Shown here piece by piece: positions 37,460 to 51,584 of a DNA stretch of 64,000 nucleotides (position 1 is its first letter; each line of letters opens with the position of its first letter). A model generated the notes under the pieces. It ran no database searches, was not told where the DNA came from, and saw only the letters and a list, made by a program, of their open reading frames with translations. A program made the translations under genes and the position numbers. Source of the DNA: Octopus sinensis (taxonomy: Eukaryota); NCBI RefSeq assembly GCF_006345805.1, contig NC_043018.1, positions 13,950,001-14,014,000 on the forward strand, given 5' to 3'.

Positions 37460-37705
37460 ATAAAAACTATCGAAATATTTTGCGCAGTATATGAGCATGA
37501 GCACATTCTTGCTTATGAATTTTAACAGCTAAAATGGATCCTCAAGGGTTATATGGACCTCCAAATTCGTGCTGATCCTGGTTGAGTAATACTGTTATAC
37601 ATGGTTGCACTACGTACGAGAAATAACGAACAAACCGCTCACGTATCGCGATCTTATGAGTAGGCATTTATTGAGGGAGACGTTGGACAATGTAGGTTTG
37701 TTATA

Positions 37706-38075
37706 CAGGCAAGGCTGAGTTGTAAGAAGTTTGCTTCCCAAGAACATCGTTCAGTCCCACTACATAGCACCTTAACTGTTTTCTACTATAACCCGAACCG
37801 ACAACACAGCCATGTGGGTGGATTTGGTAAAATGGAAACTGATAAAGCCCGTCGTCTTTGAATATTACTGTTTCTGCGTTTGGCCACGACCATCACTTCA
37901 CAACCGGCATTGTGTTGTTATCTTTTTCGTAACCTAGAGATTCGGCAAAGAGACGGGTAGAATAAGTACCAGACCTTAAAATAAGTGCTAGGATCGATTC
38001 GTTTGACCTACACCCTTTAAGGCGGTGCCCTGAAAGGTCGCAGTCAAATGACTGACACATCTAACGTCTAAAATG
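37706..38075 (+). mobile_element. SINE family C, old
   Basis: gtaagaagtttgcttccc..gttcagtcccactacatagcacc..ggatttggtaaaatggaaactg..gaataagtacc..ggcggtgccc..gcagtcaaatgactga. Confidence 0.75.
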
Positions 38076-38093
38076 TAATATATATATATATTA

Positions 38094-38138
<45 letters not shown>

Positions 38139-40328
38139 GGGATTATCATTCCGGACAAAATACATCATAAAGGCTCTATTGGCATATACCAGGCTAACAA
38201 TATTGCTTAGATTAGTGAAGAACTCCAAGTAATCTTTTGGTAGAGTTCGAAGTTATGGTTCATCAGAATTCTATATTGTAAACCCTTAAAGCCAGGCACT
38301 TTTCGGCACCCACCTCGTATTTTTATAGTTAGAATTCTTAGGTTTTTTTGCGTCTTAGTGTCTCTGATATCTTTTCTGTTTTTTTTTTTCTGAATCACCA
38401 ATTTTAATGAAGTACCTGTATAATGCAACTGGAATTGGCAATGTTGTGATGTTTGAATGCCGCAGTGCAATTTTACTTTACAATATTTTCAATTGATTCG
38501 TTCTCAATAGTAACAGGAACTCCATCCTTTCTACAAGACAAGTCAAGGCTATTCTTTGTTATGTGGCCTTTATGAAAACTTCTATTTCTTTGAAAATGCT
38601 TAATTAGGCGTGATTGTAATGCCATTTAACATTCAATGAGTTAACATTCTCCGAAGAATTTTCATTCTCTGCTGAAAGCCTACTGCACCTCTCCTTGAGC
38701 TATGTAAACATTTCAAAGACAATGCATTTCAATAGCTCTCAGCTATAATGTTTAAAATTCGCCTTGGCACCAAACAACACCAGCAACAACAATAATAGTA
38801 ATAATAATAAAGATAATGATGTTGATGATGGATAATAATGAAGATGAGCATCATGCTGCTGCTGCTGATAATGATGATGGTGATGATTTCTTTATTGTTA
38901 ATAATATTTTCTTATTTATACAAGAATGATAATCATTTCTTTATTAGCCACAAGGGTTTCGAAGAATTACAATAAAATACGTTGAATACTAAACAAGGGT
39001 CATACAATAGCTTAGGGGATGAGAAGAAAGTTAAACAAAGATGGGGTGAGAAAGAAAGACGCCACGCAATTAAAGTTGGAAATAGCAGAGAAGGAAAATT
39101 ACGAACGGTGATTCATTTCACAGAAAATTAACATTAAATTATAATTAAATATAATAATTAAAACGATATAATCAAAGAGGACAATGAAAACCATTCCTTT
39201 GGGTTACCGCCTACACAAGGTAGAAACTCCAAGAAACGAAATACGGTTAGAGTGTTTTATGTCTCTACCGACCTGTTACTGCTCGCAGTCTGTGTACGCA
39301 AATGCAACTGCTAAGAGTTTCCGTGTTAGTAGCTTCCAGAAGGAACCTACATCTTCAGGATACATTAAAAAAAAGATAAAACTACTTCAATAGTTGTCAC
39401 TTTGCTGTCAACAATGTAGGAAAATTTAAATTGTAAATTGTCTGCCCATTTAAAAGTGTTGCATTTAATAGAAAATAAATTCAGTTTAAATCCTAAGAAT
39501 CTTTGATAGAATTTAAAATTTTAGTTCTTTCTACCTCTACTTTCATTTTCAGAAAAATTGATGTTTCATTACTTGTTTTTCTTTAAAAGTGAATTATTGA
39601 AATTTACGTGATGTTTCTCAGCGAATGCTCAATAAACAAGTACTCATACATATACACACACATATACATACATACATGCGTGTGTGTGTGTGTGTGTAAT
39701 AACAGCTGACTGCATTCTATCTGACTTCAAAGCAACACGAGCTGTTGTTAGGTTGCATTGCTCGGACGGGATGTAGACATACTTTACGTAGGATTAACCT
39801 AATTTGATGGCGTTCGCTTACAAAGGAGCTTAAACAATCAACAAGGATGTGCTGTAGTCTATACGGTCGTCAGAGAGAAAATACTTTACCCTTGTGTGGT
39901 GGGACAGCTAGGCCTAACACAGTAGGCAAAATAGGCTTTTTACGGACTTTTGTAAACACTATTAGTGTTCTTTCGACAAGTGGACATGCATGGATATGGG
40001 TACAAATTGTTTCATCTTAATTTTGTCAGGAATCCATCTTTGGCCTTTTAATTGGCTTACATAGAAGACGTCAGTAGATATTTTAATATTCTGACGCCTG
40101 ATTGAAGACCACAACTCAAGGAGAAAGTCAAATGCCAATGATGAATCCATGTGAAGTTATTCAGCAACTTATCCCCCAAAGCATAGACTTCTTTGTAATT
40201 TGTAGATAATCAATTTCTTGTAATATAATAACATTAAGAGACACATGCACGGGGAGAGAAAAGGATTAATTCTGAAGGGTATAACAATCTTAATAAATGA
40301 AAGAAACTCAAACGAATCTATTGTGATT

Positions 40329-40548
40329 TTAGTTTCAAATTTTGGCACGAGACCAGCATGTTTGGGTGGGGTGGCTCAGTCAATTAAATCGACCCCAGTG
40401 TTCAACTGGTACATATTTTTATCGACCCCAAAAGTATGAAAGGCAAAGTCGACTCTGCCAGAAATTGAACTCAATATGAAAGTACAAACAGACATAATGC
40501 CGCTAAGCGTTTTAGCCTGAATGCTAACGATTCTACCAGCTCGCCGCC
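40329..40548 (-). mobile_element. SINE family A, A3 tail
   Basis: tttcaaattttggcacgagaccagc..ttatcgacccc..tgaaaggcaaagtcgac..ccagctcgccgcc. Confidence 0.85.
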
Positions 40549-41026
40549 TCGAATCTCCAATACTTTTTAAAAGAAGAATGCTGAAATGAAATGGTTGTAC
40601 TCATTTGCAGCAAGTTTTGCAAAAGTTATAAGTATAAATACTCAAATGATATGAAACTGCAAACGGAATGGATTGCTATCTGCCAATGTCTTCACGTTCG
40701 TTAACAGGGACTAACTCTGGCTACGATAATACGATACAGGATTCTATAAATACTGTTAAATAGGTGCAAACCACATTCATTAAGTTTGTAAAAATGAGTT
40801 TCAAAATATGGTTAAAAACTCTGAAAATTGTTTTGCCAATAACTAATAAGTGTGTCAAGTCTTCCCTGAGGTTTTTTTTCAAGTGCTCCTGCTATGCAAT
40901 TTTTAACTTGGATCTATTAATATATATATCTCTCTATCTATATACGTATTCATACATCATACATACATACTACATACATACATACATACATACATACATA
41001 CAAACATCATACATACATACATATAC

Positions 41027-41065
<39 letters not shown>

Positions 41066-41489
41066 TAGAGATAAAACACTATTTTTTAAAATTATAATAT
41101 TATTATAATATATAAATATTCATACTTGTTAATACTTTTTGTAGTTATATGTTTATATATATATTTGTTTAATAAAATAACCGTCATCACAATCACCGTG
41201 TTATCGCGAATATTATTCCTTGTGCTCCAGAAGAAGGAAAATGGTTTTGTATATTGGTATTGGTTGCTATTGGAAACAATTCTTACTAAGGTCTTTTGAA
41301 TATATGTTCTGTTAGCATTGTGATTCTAGTTTATCTAAGTGAGATATTTAATTGACGAGCATAAGCAATATCTAAGCCGGTAGCTGGTGTTATGGATGTG
41401 CGTCTACTTATCTCTGAAGATTACATGAGAAATAAACGAAATACGCCCACAGAAACGAAATATAACTTATTCATCAACGGTCAACATCT

Positions 41490-41710
41490 TAAGTCGGTGA
41501 AATAGCTGGCAGACTATTCAGCATGTCAGACGGTGTTGAACAAAAGATGGGCATTAACTTAACTGCACTGTTTGACCTCCAGTTTAATGTTGCTCTGGTT
41601 TTCTCCGTAAAATAATCTTCAAAACTAGAAGTTATTGTATGAAGACAAGGATTGACTTTAATGTAACGATAAGCGGTTGTGCAAGATGGGGGTCTACCAA
41701 AATCGAGGTG
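41490..41710 (+). mobile_element. Possible highly decayed RTE-type RT fragment
   Basis: GEIAGRLFSMSDGVEQKMGINLTALFDLQFNVAL loosely resembles the RT G..F...GVKQG.L.PTLF motif; weak. Confidence 0.3.
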
Positions 41711-41790
41711 CATTTTATGATGTCATATCATATGCATTCTATATATACTAGCTGACCACGTGCCTTCAATAATGACGGCTAATTGTAGTT

Positions 41791-41846
<56 letters not shown>

Positions 41847-41936
41847 GTACAAAATAAGAGACATAATTATCACACATACACACATTCACACACTTCCCTT
41901 GTACACACCCAGGCATACACACATATAATCACACAG

Positions 41937-42125
41937 AGTTGAAACGCTGATTTATACAAATCCAAGCCAACACTGGAACTATAAAAATCTGTCAGGCTTT
42001 CCAGAAGTTTACCCTTTACGTATATATGAGCATTTATAAATATGGAAATATATGCATAAGAAAACACATAAAACAGAACATAGAAATCTGCACATATGCA
42101 TACATAGACACTTACATTCAAGAAA
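41937..42125. repeat. Unclassified dispersed repeat, copy 1 (copy 2 at 48368-48540)
   Basis: Shared ctggaact.taaaaatctgt..ctttccagaagttt and aaatctgcacata..cataca. Confidence 0.7.
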
Positions 42126-42529
42126 TCTTGAATTAAACTGAATGGCATGTATATATATGTATATATCTATATCTTTATCTATCTATCTATATATGTATGT
42201 GTGTGTGCACATATATGTGTGTGTGCACATATATGTGTGTGTGTGTATATATATATATGTTTGTACACACACCACACACACACACACACACATATATACA
42301 TACACGTTTATGTATTTGTTTTGCAAGATTCTTGATGTGAAATTGTGAGTTGAAACAGGTATTGATATATTTGGGAATGCCATAATTTCCCAATTGTGTG
42401 CAGGTACAACACAATTGGTCTTAACTTCAGCTTCATTGCTATTATTAAATTTTGTTTGTCAAAATTCTTTTCTCACACATTCTGTCACCTCCTCAGCAAC
42501 TCTCTGTTCCATGCGTTACCTCTTGAAAA

Positions 42530-42567
<38 letters not shown>

Positions 42568-42732
42568 TGTATATACAAACATCTCTCTCTCATTTATATA
42601 TATATAAATGTATGTGTACATACAATATATATATATATATAAATAGATAGAAAGATACGCACACGCACACATACATGCATACATAATTATTCTGACAAGT
42701 TGTGGTGCACCTGAGCACTGTATACAATAATT

Positions 42733-42784
<52 letters not shown>

Positions 42785-42886
42785 ACTTTTGTTTGTTAGA
42801 AATGATAATGGAACGCCGCACCCAATCAGATCACTAAAAGGAATCGTATGTGCATACACAACCACATTTTATATGTATATGTGTAT

Positions 42887-42918
<32 letters not shown>

Positions 42919-43441
42919 ATATCTATATATATATATATATAGATATATATATATATATATGTATGCCTATATATATATTGACATATAGATGATAGATAGA
43001 TAGATAGATAGATAGATAATGATAGATATCGAGGATGTCCTTACCTAGACATGTTTACAGCCCTGTGCCAAGTTTGTAAATATGAATATGAATTAATAAG
43101 TCTAAACACCTGAATAACGTCAATCACTAGCGCTACTCCACCTTTAAACAAATAATCATGGTTAGAAATCAATATTTCATTCTGTCTGCCAGTAATCAAG
43201 CAAAAGTTGAATCAGTCTTAATTAGAAAATAACCATATTCAATTATCTTAGATTACATATCACGCTCAAATTATTTGAAATTCCAGCAACGATAGTCACC
43301 AAATCAAAGTAGTCGCTTCCCACTATGCTACAATATACATATATATATATATAGAGAGAGAGAGATGCATTCATACTTACATATGCATACACAAATATAT
43401 AAATTACCATACATACATACATACATACATACATACATACA

Positions 43442-43475
<34 letters not shown>

Positions 43476-43809
43476 CATACATGCATAGACACATTACATA
43501 TATGTGCATGTGTGTCTATATATTGATACGCGCACACACACACATATTTATATCGATACACACACTTCTATGTATTCATGTATGTATGTATCATTTATCT
43601 GTTGTCATCTACGTTTTTCAATTTTCGGACGACGGCCATTCTGGATCATCGCCTTGTAGGTCTTCGTCAAATAATCGATTCCAGTCCTTATCTTTAAGGC
43701 TGGTACTTTAAGGCTGTCGTTCTCTTGGTTACGGCGACTTCTAAAAATCAACGTTGGTTGCAAAACGATGGGAAAGGACAACCCCAGCCACAAACACAGA
43801 CATATACAC

Positions 43810-43813
43810 ACAG

Positions 43814-43895
<82 letters not shown>

Positions 43896-43941
43896 CATCT
43901 ATCTATATCTATCTATCTATCTATCTATCTTCATATCTATC

Positions 43942-44008
<67 letters not shown>

Positions 44009-44012
44009 CTAT
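43810..44012. repeat. (TCTA)n array
   Basis: Direct reading. Confidence 0.95.
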
Positions 44013-44223
44013 ATTTGATGTTAGCCGTTTTATTTGTATATTCGATGCAGAGTTGCGGTGAGACAGTTTAAATAGTGTTAGTCAGGTACTGTACTGAAAT
44101 ACTAATCTAGGAATTGTGTAATTGATGTAGATAAACTAATGACAATTGCCAATGACAGTATATTCTATTTCTTTTCAGTCTAACCTATTGTATTCAAAAT
44201 AGTGCAAAGCAACCTCCATCATA

Positions 44224-45635
44224 ATGGCATATAATTCTAAAAGAAAACAAGTTACACTAACGTTACTCGAAAACTATCAAATACTAGAAAAAATAGATAC
44301 ATGAATTAGATACATAATGATATATTGAAAGATTATAAGATTGGAAGGAGGACACTGTTCTACATCAAAAAGAACTGGGAGGAATATTGAATGCTGCTCC
44401 TCTCTCTGAGAATAAAAGACAAATCAGAAGAAGGACTCTTCACGGATCAAAGCAAGTTAAATTCGATAAATATTACATGAATGGCTTTTAACGAAGCAAA
44501 ATGGAGGTAAAGCACTATCGGAACCAATGCTAATTGCTAAAGCAAAGTCTCTTAAGAAAGAGTTGAATATCACAAGGGATATGAAATTCAGTCAAGACTG
44601 GCTGAGGAGTTTTAAGAGAGTAGACATGGCATACGGCAGTTAACAATTTCAGGTGAACAACGTTCAGTTGATATCCTCTCAGCGACAACTTATTGTGAAA
44701 AATTCAAAACAATATTTGAGGACTATGCTTTAACACCAGATAATATTTACAATGCTGATGAAACTGGTATAAATTGGAAGTACTTACCCACAAAATCTTT
44801 AGCTGGACTAGAGGAGCAAAAAGGATTCAAATTAAATAAAGAGGGACGTACAGTGGTGGTGTGTGCTAATGCTTCTGGAATTCACAGACTTAAGCTTCTT
44901 GTCATTGGTAAATCTAAGTATAAGGCGGCGAGCTGGCAGAAACGTTAGCACGCCGGGCGAAATGCTTAGCGGTATTTCGTCTGCCGTTACGTTGTGAGCT
45001 CAAATTCCGCCAAGGTCGACTTTGCCTTTCATCCTTTCGGGGTCGATAAATTAAGTACCAGTTACTCACTGGGGTCGATGTAATCGACTTAATGCCTATG
45101 TCTGTCCTTGTTTGTCCCTTCTGTGTTTAGCCCCTTGTGGGTAATAAAGAAATAGGTAAATCTAAGTGTCCCCGAGCATTGAAAGGAATTCACCTTTAGT
45201 AGTATCGTTATTCTTAAAAAAAAAAAACCAAAAAACTGATAGATGAATCAACATGTGTTCACAGAATTGTTCATACAAGAATTTGTGCCATCTGTACAAA
45301 AGCGCTCTCACGAATTTGGTAAATCTGATTAAAAGTGCCTGCTGCTATTAGACAATTGTAGAGCATATCCTCACGAGACAAAATTAGGGTCTTCGTGCGA
45401 GAATGTTTTTGCGTGCTACTTATCACCAAATATGACATCTCTCATACAACCTATGGACCAAGGTTTTATTCGGAACCTAAAAATCTTTCTACAGAAATTA
45501 TGTACTAATAAATATGATAAATAACAATGTTAGTGCAGGCGATTTCCAGTGCAATTTTGCAATCAGAAATGCCATTTTTTCCCTCGCAAGTGCATGGAAT
45601 CAGGTTCGAGCAGGCACATTAACAAAAGCTTGGGA
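44224..45635 (+). mobile_element. Tigger/pogo (CENP-B/Jerky-like) DDE transposase pseudogene, SINE-interrupted
   Basis: MAYNSKRKQVTLTL (HTH); IYNADETGINWKYLPTK..KLNKEGRTVVVCANASGIHRLKLLVIGKSK; LLLDNCRAYPH; PNMTSLIQPMDQGFI; many stops and frameshifts. Confidence 0.9.
44924..45154 (+). mobile_element. Full-length young SINE A1
   Basis: 13-bp TSD ggtaaatctaagt at 44907-44919 and 45155-45167. Confidence 0.95.
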
Positions 45636-45756
45636 AAAATTGTGAGCCTGGATTTATTGTAGGAGAGACTTGCATGAGGCATCGCGCAGTGGAACTGATC
45701 TCTGAAGCACGTGGTCCTGAATCGAACTTTTTAACCAAACACTCGTATACACGTGT

Positions 45757-45807
<51 letters not shown>

Positions 45808-45824
45808 CATAATATATAATATAT

Positions 45825-45876
<52 letters not shown>

Positions 45877-46804
45877 TTATATATATACATATATACATAC
45901 ATAGATACATGCATACATACATGCATAGTTACGTATATACGTATATGAGAGAGAGAAATAGAGGGAGAGTAAGATAGAGAGAAGGAAATAGTGGGACAGA
46001 GAGAGCAGGAAATAGCTATAGAATACATGTTAAATAGAAAACACAGCAAGTAATGTTTATTGAATTGAAAGACCTCTCCGTATAATGTGTACAGGGGAGA
46101 GTGTGTATTTGTGTGAGTGAGTATGTGTGTGTGTATGTGTGTGTGCATTTGCAATATATGTTTATGTGTGTGTGTGTGTGTGTGTGTGTAGTAAGTATGT
46201 CTTTCCATGAGCGCATGTTGCGCATTGTGAGCGATTGTGTGTGCGTATGTATATATGCATATGTGTATATATATGTGTGTATGTATGCGTGTGCATGTTC
46301 CTGATTAAGTAGAAATGACGCTACATGTGAGTCATAAGAAATAAATGACATGGGACATTGTTTCCATGGTGATTCTGGAGATTGTCTTTGTCGAAAGAAT
46401 TACAGTTGCGATATATCCGGAGATGTTGTTGGTTAGCCCAAGGCCACTTCCGATCATAATGTGCCTGGGGCTATTTCATCTAATCTATTGTTGTGTAGTC
46501 TCCTGTCATCTCCGATCAAGGGGATTTAATTCACTCATGCATAGTCTCTCTTGGACTATATTATCACTTGTGCGCAGAATTCTTATATTGATTAGCCCCG
46601 GGTCAATTCTGAGAAGGGTCTTGCAGATTTATGAATCAGTTGTTCTTTGTTTTTTAACTACGACCATCCTTTGTTATTTCCAAACATTGTATCCATGGCT
46701 TTATATTAACCAATCTTTTCTTATTTTGGTTTTCCCCAAATAATAGGATGTGGTCTGAAAATAGTTTGGTTGCTATTTCTAATGTATGATATTCTCTCTG
46801 CTAT

Positions 46805-46960
46805 AGTTACAAGGCCTGAAATTTTGATGGAGGGTGTTTTGTTGATTACATCGACCCCTAGTAGTTGACTGGTACTTATTTTATCAACCTAGTAAAGATG
46901 GAAGGCAAAGTCGATCTCAGCGAAATTTGAACTTAGAACGTGAAGTCGGAAGAATTACCG
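46805..46960 (-). mobile_element. SINE family A, A2 tail, partial
   Basis: acaaggcctgaaatttt..ctggtacttattttatc..ggcaaagtcg..aaatttgaactt. Confidence 0.75.
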
Positions 46961-47002
46961 CTAATCATCGTATCCAGTATGTTAAAGATTCGGGCTGTTC
47001 GC

Positions 47003-47398
47003 TACTTTTCTTATTTCTTCTCTGACCGCAAGGGGGCTAAACATAGAGAGGACAAACAAGGACAGACAAACGGATCAAGTCAATTATGGCGACCCCAGTG
47101 CGTAACTGGTATATATTTAATCGACTCTGAAAGGATGAAAGGCAAAGTCGTCCTCGGCAGAATTTGAACTCAGAACGTAGCGGGAGACGAAATATTTATT
47201 TCGTTACTACCCACAAGGACTAATCACAGAGAGGACAAACAAGGACAGACAAACGGATTAAGTCGATTGTATCGACCCAAATGCGTAATTGGTACGTATT
47301 TAATCGACCCCGAAAGAATGAAAACAAAGTCGACCTCGTCGGAATTTGAACTCAGAACGTAAGCACTTCGCCCAGCGTGCTAACGTTTCTGCCAGCTA
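47003..47398 (-). mobile_element. Head-to-tail SINE A1-A1 dimer
   Basis: Two core-plus-A1-tail units; junction near 47196 (tail cgaaata joined to ..tatttcgtct). Confidence 0.85.
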
Positions 47399-48367
47399 CC
47401 TTTCTGACGTTTAATGTTATCACGGAAATGTTCTCTCATTGGCTCAGAAAGAGTGTAATGTAACCAAGCCTTTGGATTCAAATATGACTTACAATATCAA
47501 ATCAGCCATTACTGTACTATTTCTGTCCGTTTTTCACTCCACAAATTTTGGCTTTTGATGTCGGAACAACAATTTTGGTCAATAATATTCCAATTGAGAG
47601 AACAGCGGGCCGGTCAGTACAAATACTGCCTGGCATCTTATATGATTTGCTAATTATTTTACCATTCCACCGCCTACAAGGTACTTTGTATTGCAGTTTT
47701 ATAGATTACAATGCGGTCAATAAAATAAGAAATAATATTACCAATTTCTTGGACTATTAACCGTATCTTTTAAAGAGACTAAAGTTTTGTTTGTTTTTTT
47801 TCAATATTTACATAAACACACCCGATTGGGTTTGATGTCCAGAGATCAAACCGATCGAAACATAACTATAAATGTAAATATAAAAACAAGCAAAAAGAAA
47901 AAGAAAAAAACGAAAGGTATCTTTGATCTGTCCGGATGATGTTAATAGACCGAAAATACGTAATCTTAATAAAAATTCGAATTAATCTGTCCGGCATTTA
48001 GATATTAAAAGTAATACATTGTAGAGAATGTAAAGGAACAACATATTGAACAAGTAAATTGTGGTGGCGTTGGGGCAAGAATTAAACTCAAATATTTATT
48101 TGGGAACAATGTAAGCACACACACACAAACACATGCACATGTATCACAGACACACACACACACACGCACACACAAATATAGACATATATAGACATCCTTC
48201 TATATATTCATGCATACGTACATATATACATACATGCACGCATACATACATACATACATACATACATACATACATACATACATACATACATACATAGATG
48301 CATGCATACACACATACACACATACATACATACATACATACATACATACTAAAAACCAGAAAGGAGA

Positions 48368-48540
48368 GAACTGATTCGAAGTCTAAAAATCTGGAACTGT
48401 AAAAATCTGTAAAACTTTCCAGAAGTTTGTCATTTAGCTATATAAGACCACGTCTAGATATGCAACTATATATATGCATGAGAATACATGCATAAAACTA
48501 AACATACAAATCTGCACATACACATACAAACAAACAAAAA
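48368..48540. repeat. Unclassified dispersed repeat, copy 2
   Basis: Homologous to 41937-42125. Confidence 0.7.
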
Positions 48541-49080
48541 TATCCGGATGTTGATGTTGAAATTCCAACTTACTACTTTATAATTTGGCTACACGTGTTT
48601 CATGAGGTACATTTCCCGGTTCCTAAACCACTCCGTGTTTTGCTGGAACCATTCTTAAAATATGACCCCAATCATCAGGCCTCTATATCACATTATGTAA
48701 ATACGTAAATAGAGTACTCGACTGGTTGTTTATTTTACCGAAGCCAGAAGAATTTAAAGAGTTAAAAGAAGTGTCGTTAAACATTTTGTCCGACAAGGTG
48801 ACGATTCTGTCAGGTCGTTAAAGCGAGTTTCGTTCTGACTGAAAGTAACGAATGAATGTAGAGAAAATGTAATAAAATAATACCATCACATAAAGTAGTA
48901 ATTAGAATTGCGAGTTAAAATAGTGAAACCGGGGTTTCAATTCCAGCCTGCCGGCATCTTGAAAATATCTCGCAGAATGACGAGCGTGCCCTGCATATTT
49001 ACAAGCTGCCTTTTAGCAAGGCATAGCACTCGTTCAACTACCTTGGTAGAGATACGGCGAAGACACGGAACTCCAGCATG

Positions 49081-49240
49081 GGGAGGCGCAATGACCTAGT
49101 GGTCAGGGCAGCGAACTCTTGGTCGGGCATTCTGAGTGTTTATTGAGCAAAAACACCTAAGCTCCATGAGGCTCCGGCGGAGAGGGGTGGTGAACCCCAT
49201 TGTACTTTTTCCCCACAACTTTCTCTTTCTTCCTACTTCT
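49081..49240 (+). mobile_element. SINE family B, internally deleted fragment
   Basis: ggaggcgcaatgacctagtggtcagggcagcg..gtgtttattgagcaaaaacacctaagctcc. Confidence 0.8.
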
Positions 49241-49522
49241 GCCACAAAGCAGAGGAACCATGGTGTAACCCACTATGGTGTGGTAATTTCAGACCCTAGT
49301 CTAGATTGCGAATCCTCTGTACCCCAGGATGGTTCAGCTCTCCACCCGTTAAAAGCCACCGTTTACGGAATGAGGATAACAACGTAGCTTTCGCGCCCGT
49401 GCAACCGCCAGTCTATCGTGTGTGGTGGGTGGATCTTCAAGTTACCACACGCATTCTTATTAGCTTAGAGTAGGCTCGAATTAGAGATTGTTCTTTGTGG
49501 CTAATGGCGTGAGGCCTGATTG

Positions 49523-49763
49523 GAAGAAGAAGAAGAAGAAGAAGAAGAAGAAGAAGAAGAAGAAGAAGAAGAAGAAGAAGAAGAAGAAGAAGAAGAAGAA
49601 GAAGAAGAAGAAGAAGAAGAAGAAGAAGGAGAAGAAGAAGAAGAAGAAGAAGAAGGAGGAGAGGAGAAGAAAAAGAAGAAGGAGAAGAAGAAGAAGAAGA
49701 AGAAGAAGAAGAAGAAAAGAAGAAGAAGAAGAAGAAAAGAAGAAGAAGAAGAAGAAGAAGAAG
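49523..49763. repeat. (GAA)n polypurine tract, about 240 bp
   Basis: Direct reading. Confidence 0.95.
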
Positions 49764-51020
49764 ACTGCAGCATGGCAAACTGAGAAAAGGTAGCGGAAGA
49801 GACCCCACCTGAGCCAAACGGTGTTTCTATACATTGATGTTGAGCGGAAGAATCTTGGAAGATTGATTTGACGGTGAGGATCACGAAGCTCTGTCCAGAG
49901 AGTAACTGCCTGGCATCGCAGGGGAAAGCATCGATGGTTGTGTAATTAGGTAATGGAAGATTCACTGTGCTGTAAGCTTCCAATTCGAATTAATAATAAT
50001 GAAATTGGATGGCGACAAAGAGTTATGGGAATCCACGAAAGGCGTATAAAATTAGATTCAGAAAAATAAGGATAAATTGAGAGATTCAGGTGAAATTTCT
50101 GGAAAGATTAGTTGAGATTTAAACTTCCGATATTGATGGTAAAATTTCAGAGACAGGTCTAGTGTTTAGATAAGTAACAAAAATTGTGTGACTGATTACA
50201 GGATAAAAGTTAAAAATTTAAATTCAAAACTGAAACAATTGAAAAACTGGGTCCCGATTAGTAAGAAAATTTAATTTTAAACTTCAACAAAGCTGTTTTC
50301 AAAGAGATATTATACAGGTTTTAAAAATCTAGTAAGGTGAAAATTATCAAAAAGTAGAGCGATACCCATCATAAGGATTTGGTTTCCACTCCTTGGGGGT
50401 GCGTTTACTCCCTCTTCCATTCGTCCCCTCTTCCTCCTTGTACTCGGTGTCTATATTTTTTTTTTCTCACAATAGGTGTGTAATATTCTTTCCTCATTGC
50501 CTGCCACCAAGCTTAATATGTGCACTCATTCTGTAGCCCGCTGTGTTAATTCTATTTCTACCTCTCTTTTACTCTATCTCTCCTTCTTTTTCTGTCTCTT
50601 TATTATTTCTGTCTCCAGTCAGCTTTTATAAGCCGACTGGAGAATTCAACCAGCCAGTCAACCAATTAACATTTCAAACGTTATTAAGATAGTAGAAAAC
50701 AGGCAATGTGACAGTTATGAAATTATAAGTATAGAACTTACATGAAAAAAAAATCTCAAAGCTCTAGAAAGATGGAAGTTATAAAAATGATAAAATCACG
50801 AAATCAGAACACATGGGAACGGAATGGTTAAAGTAATGAAAACATGGATTTACCTTAATGGGGTTAAAGAATTAAGACTTAAGATCTAAAATCCTAGATT
50901 GGTAGCGATAAGTGAATTGGAATTAAAAGTATCGAGTTACAAGAAGATTAAACATTAAAATAACCAATAAATAAATGTCTTTTAAAAATGATGGAATTAA
51001 ATAAGATTCAATACCGATTG

Positions 51021-51242
51021 CAGTAATCCCTCGACCATCGCGAGTATTACGTTCCAAAAACGCCCACGGTAGGTGAAAATCAGCGAAGTAGAAACAGTAA
51101 TGTACTGTATATTTTTATTTATTATTTTTATAATTTGTATATATTTATTTTATTATACATGCAAAACAACACCACGCAGGAATCGACGTAAGCCTGAATA
51201 ATAAACCGTGATAAGTGAACCGCGAAATGGCGGGGGATTACT
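51021..51242. mobile_element. Tigger/pogo-like MITE
   Basis: Imperfect TIRs cagtaatccctcgaccatcgcg / cgcgaaatggcgggggattact; AT-rich non-coding interior. Confidence 0.65.
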
Positions 51243-51274
51243 TTATCCTTAAAAAAAGTATTAGGTTCGGGAAG

Positions 51275-51477
51275 GCATTTCGTCTGTCTTTACGTTCTGA
51301 GTTCAACTTGTACCGAGCACGATTTGGCCTTGTATTCTTTCAGGGTCGATAAAGTAAGTACCAATGAATGTTTAATTAATTAGCCATTACCGTTGAGTAC
51401 TGGATTCGGTTAATCGACTTACTCCCTCCCGCCATAATTTCAGCCATGATTCTATAGTAAGAAGAAGAATTATTAGA
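51275..51477 (+). mobile_element. SINE family A, old fragment
   Basis: gcatttcgtctgtctttacgttctgagttcaa..gggtcgataaagtaagtacc..ttaatcgacttactccc. Confidence 0.7.
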
Positions 51478-51584
51478 TCAGGGAAAAGGTAGTCGAAAAA
51501 AAGATGAAAACTCAAAGACAAGATGAATATAGCACACACCAGTAGCCCTAGCAAAAAGTTCAAATGCTTTTTTTAAATTTTATT

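Noticed and set aside
38200-38320. mariner-like TIR fragments (also ~45730-45750)
   Set aside because: Single short TIR-like ends without partner or ORF; too little to annotate.
41748-41790. Helitron-like 3' end (CTAG plus hairpin) on the - strand
   Set aside because: No matching 5' TC terminus or body; hairpin is disrupted.
49488-49983. Poly-Lys/Glu/Ser ORFs
   Set aside because: Derived from the (GAA)n tract.
50612-50643. 14-bp hairpin tctccagtcagctt/aagccgactggaga
   Set aside because: Short and isolated; no associated element or terminator context in a eukaryote.
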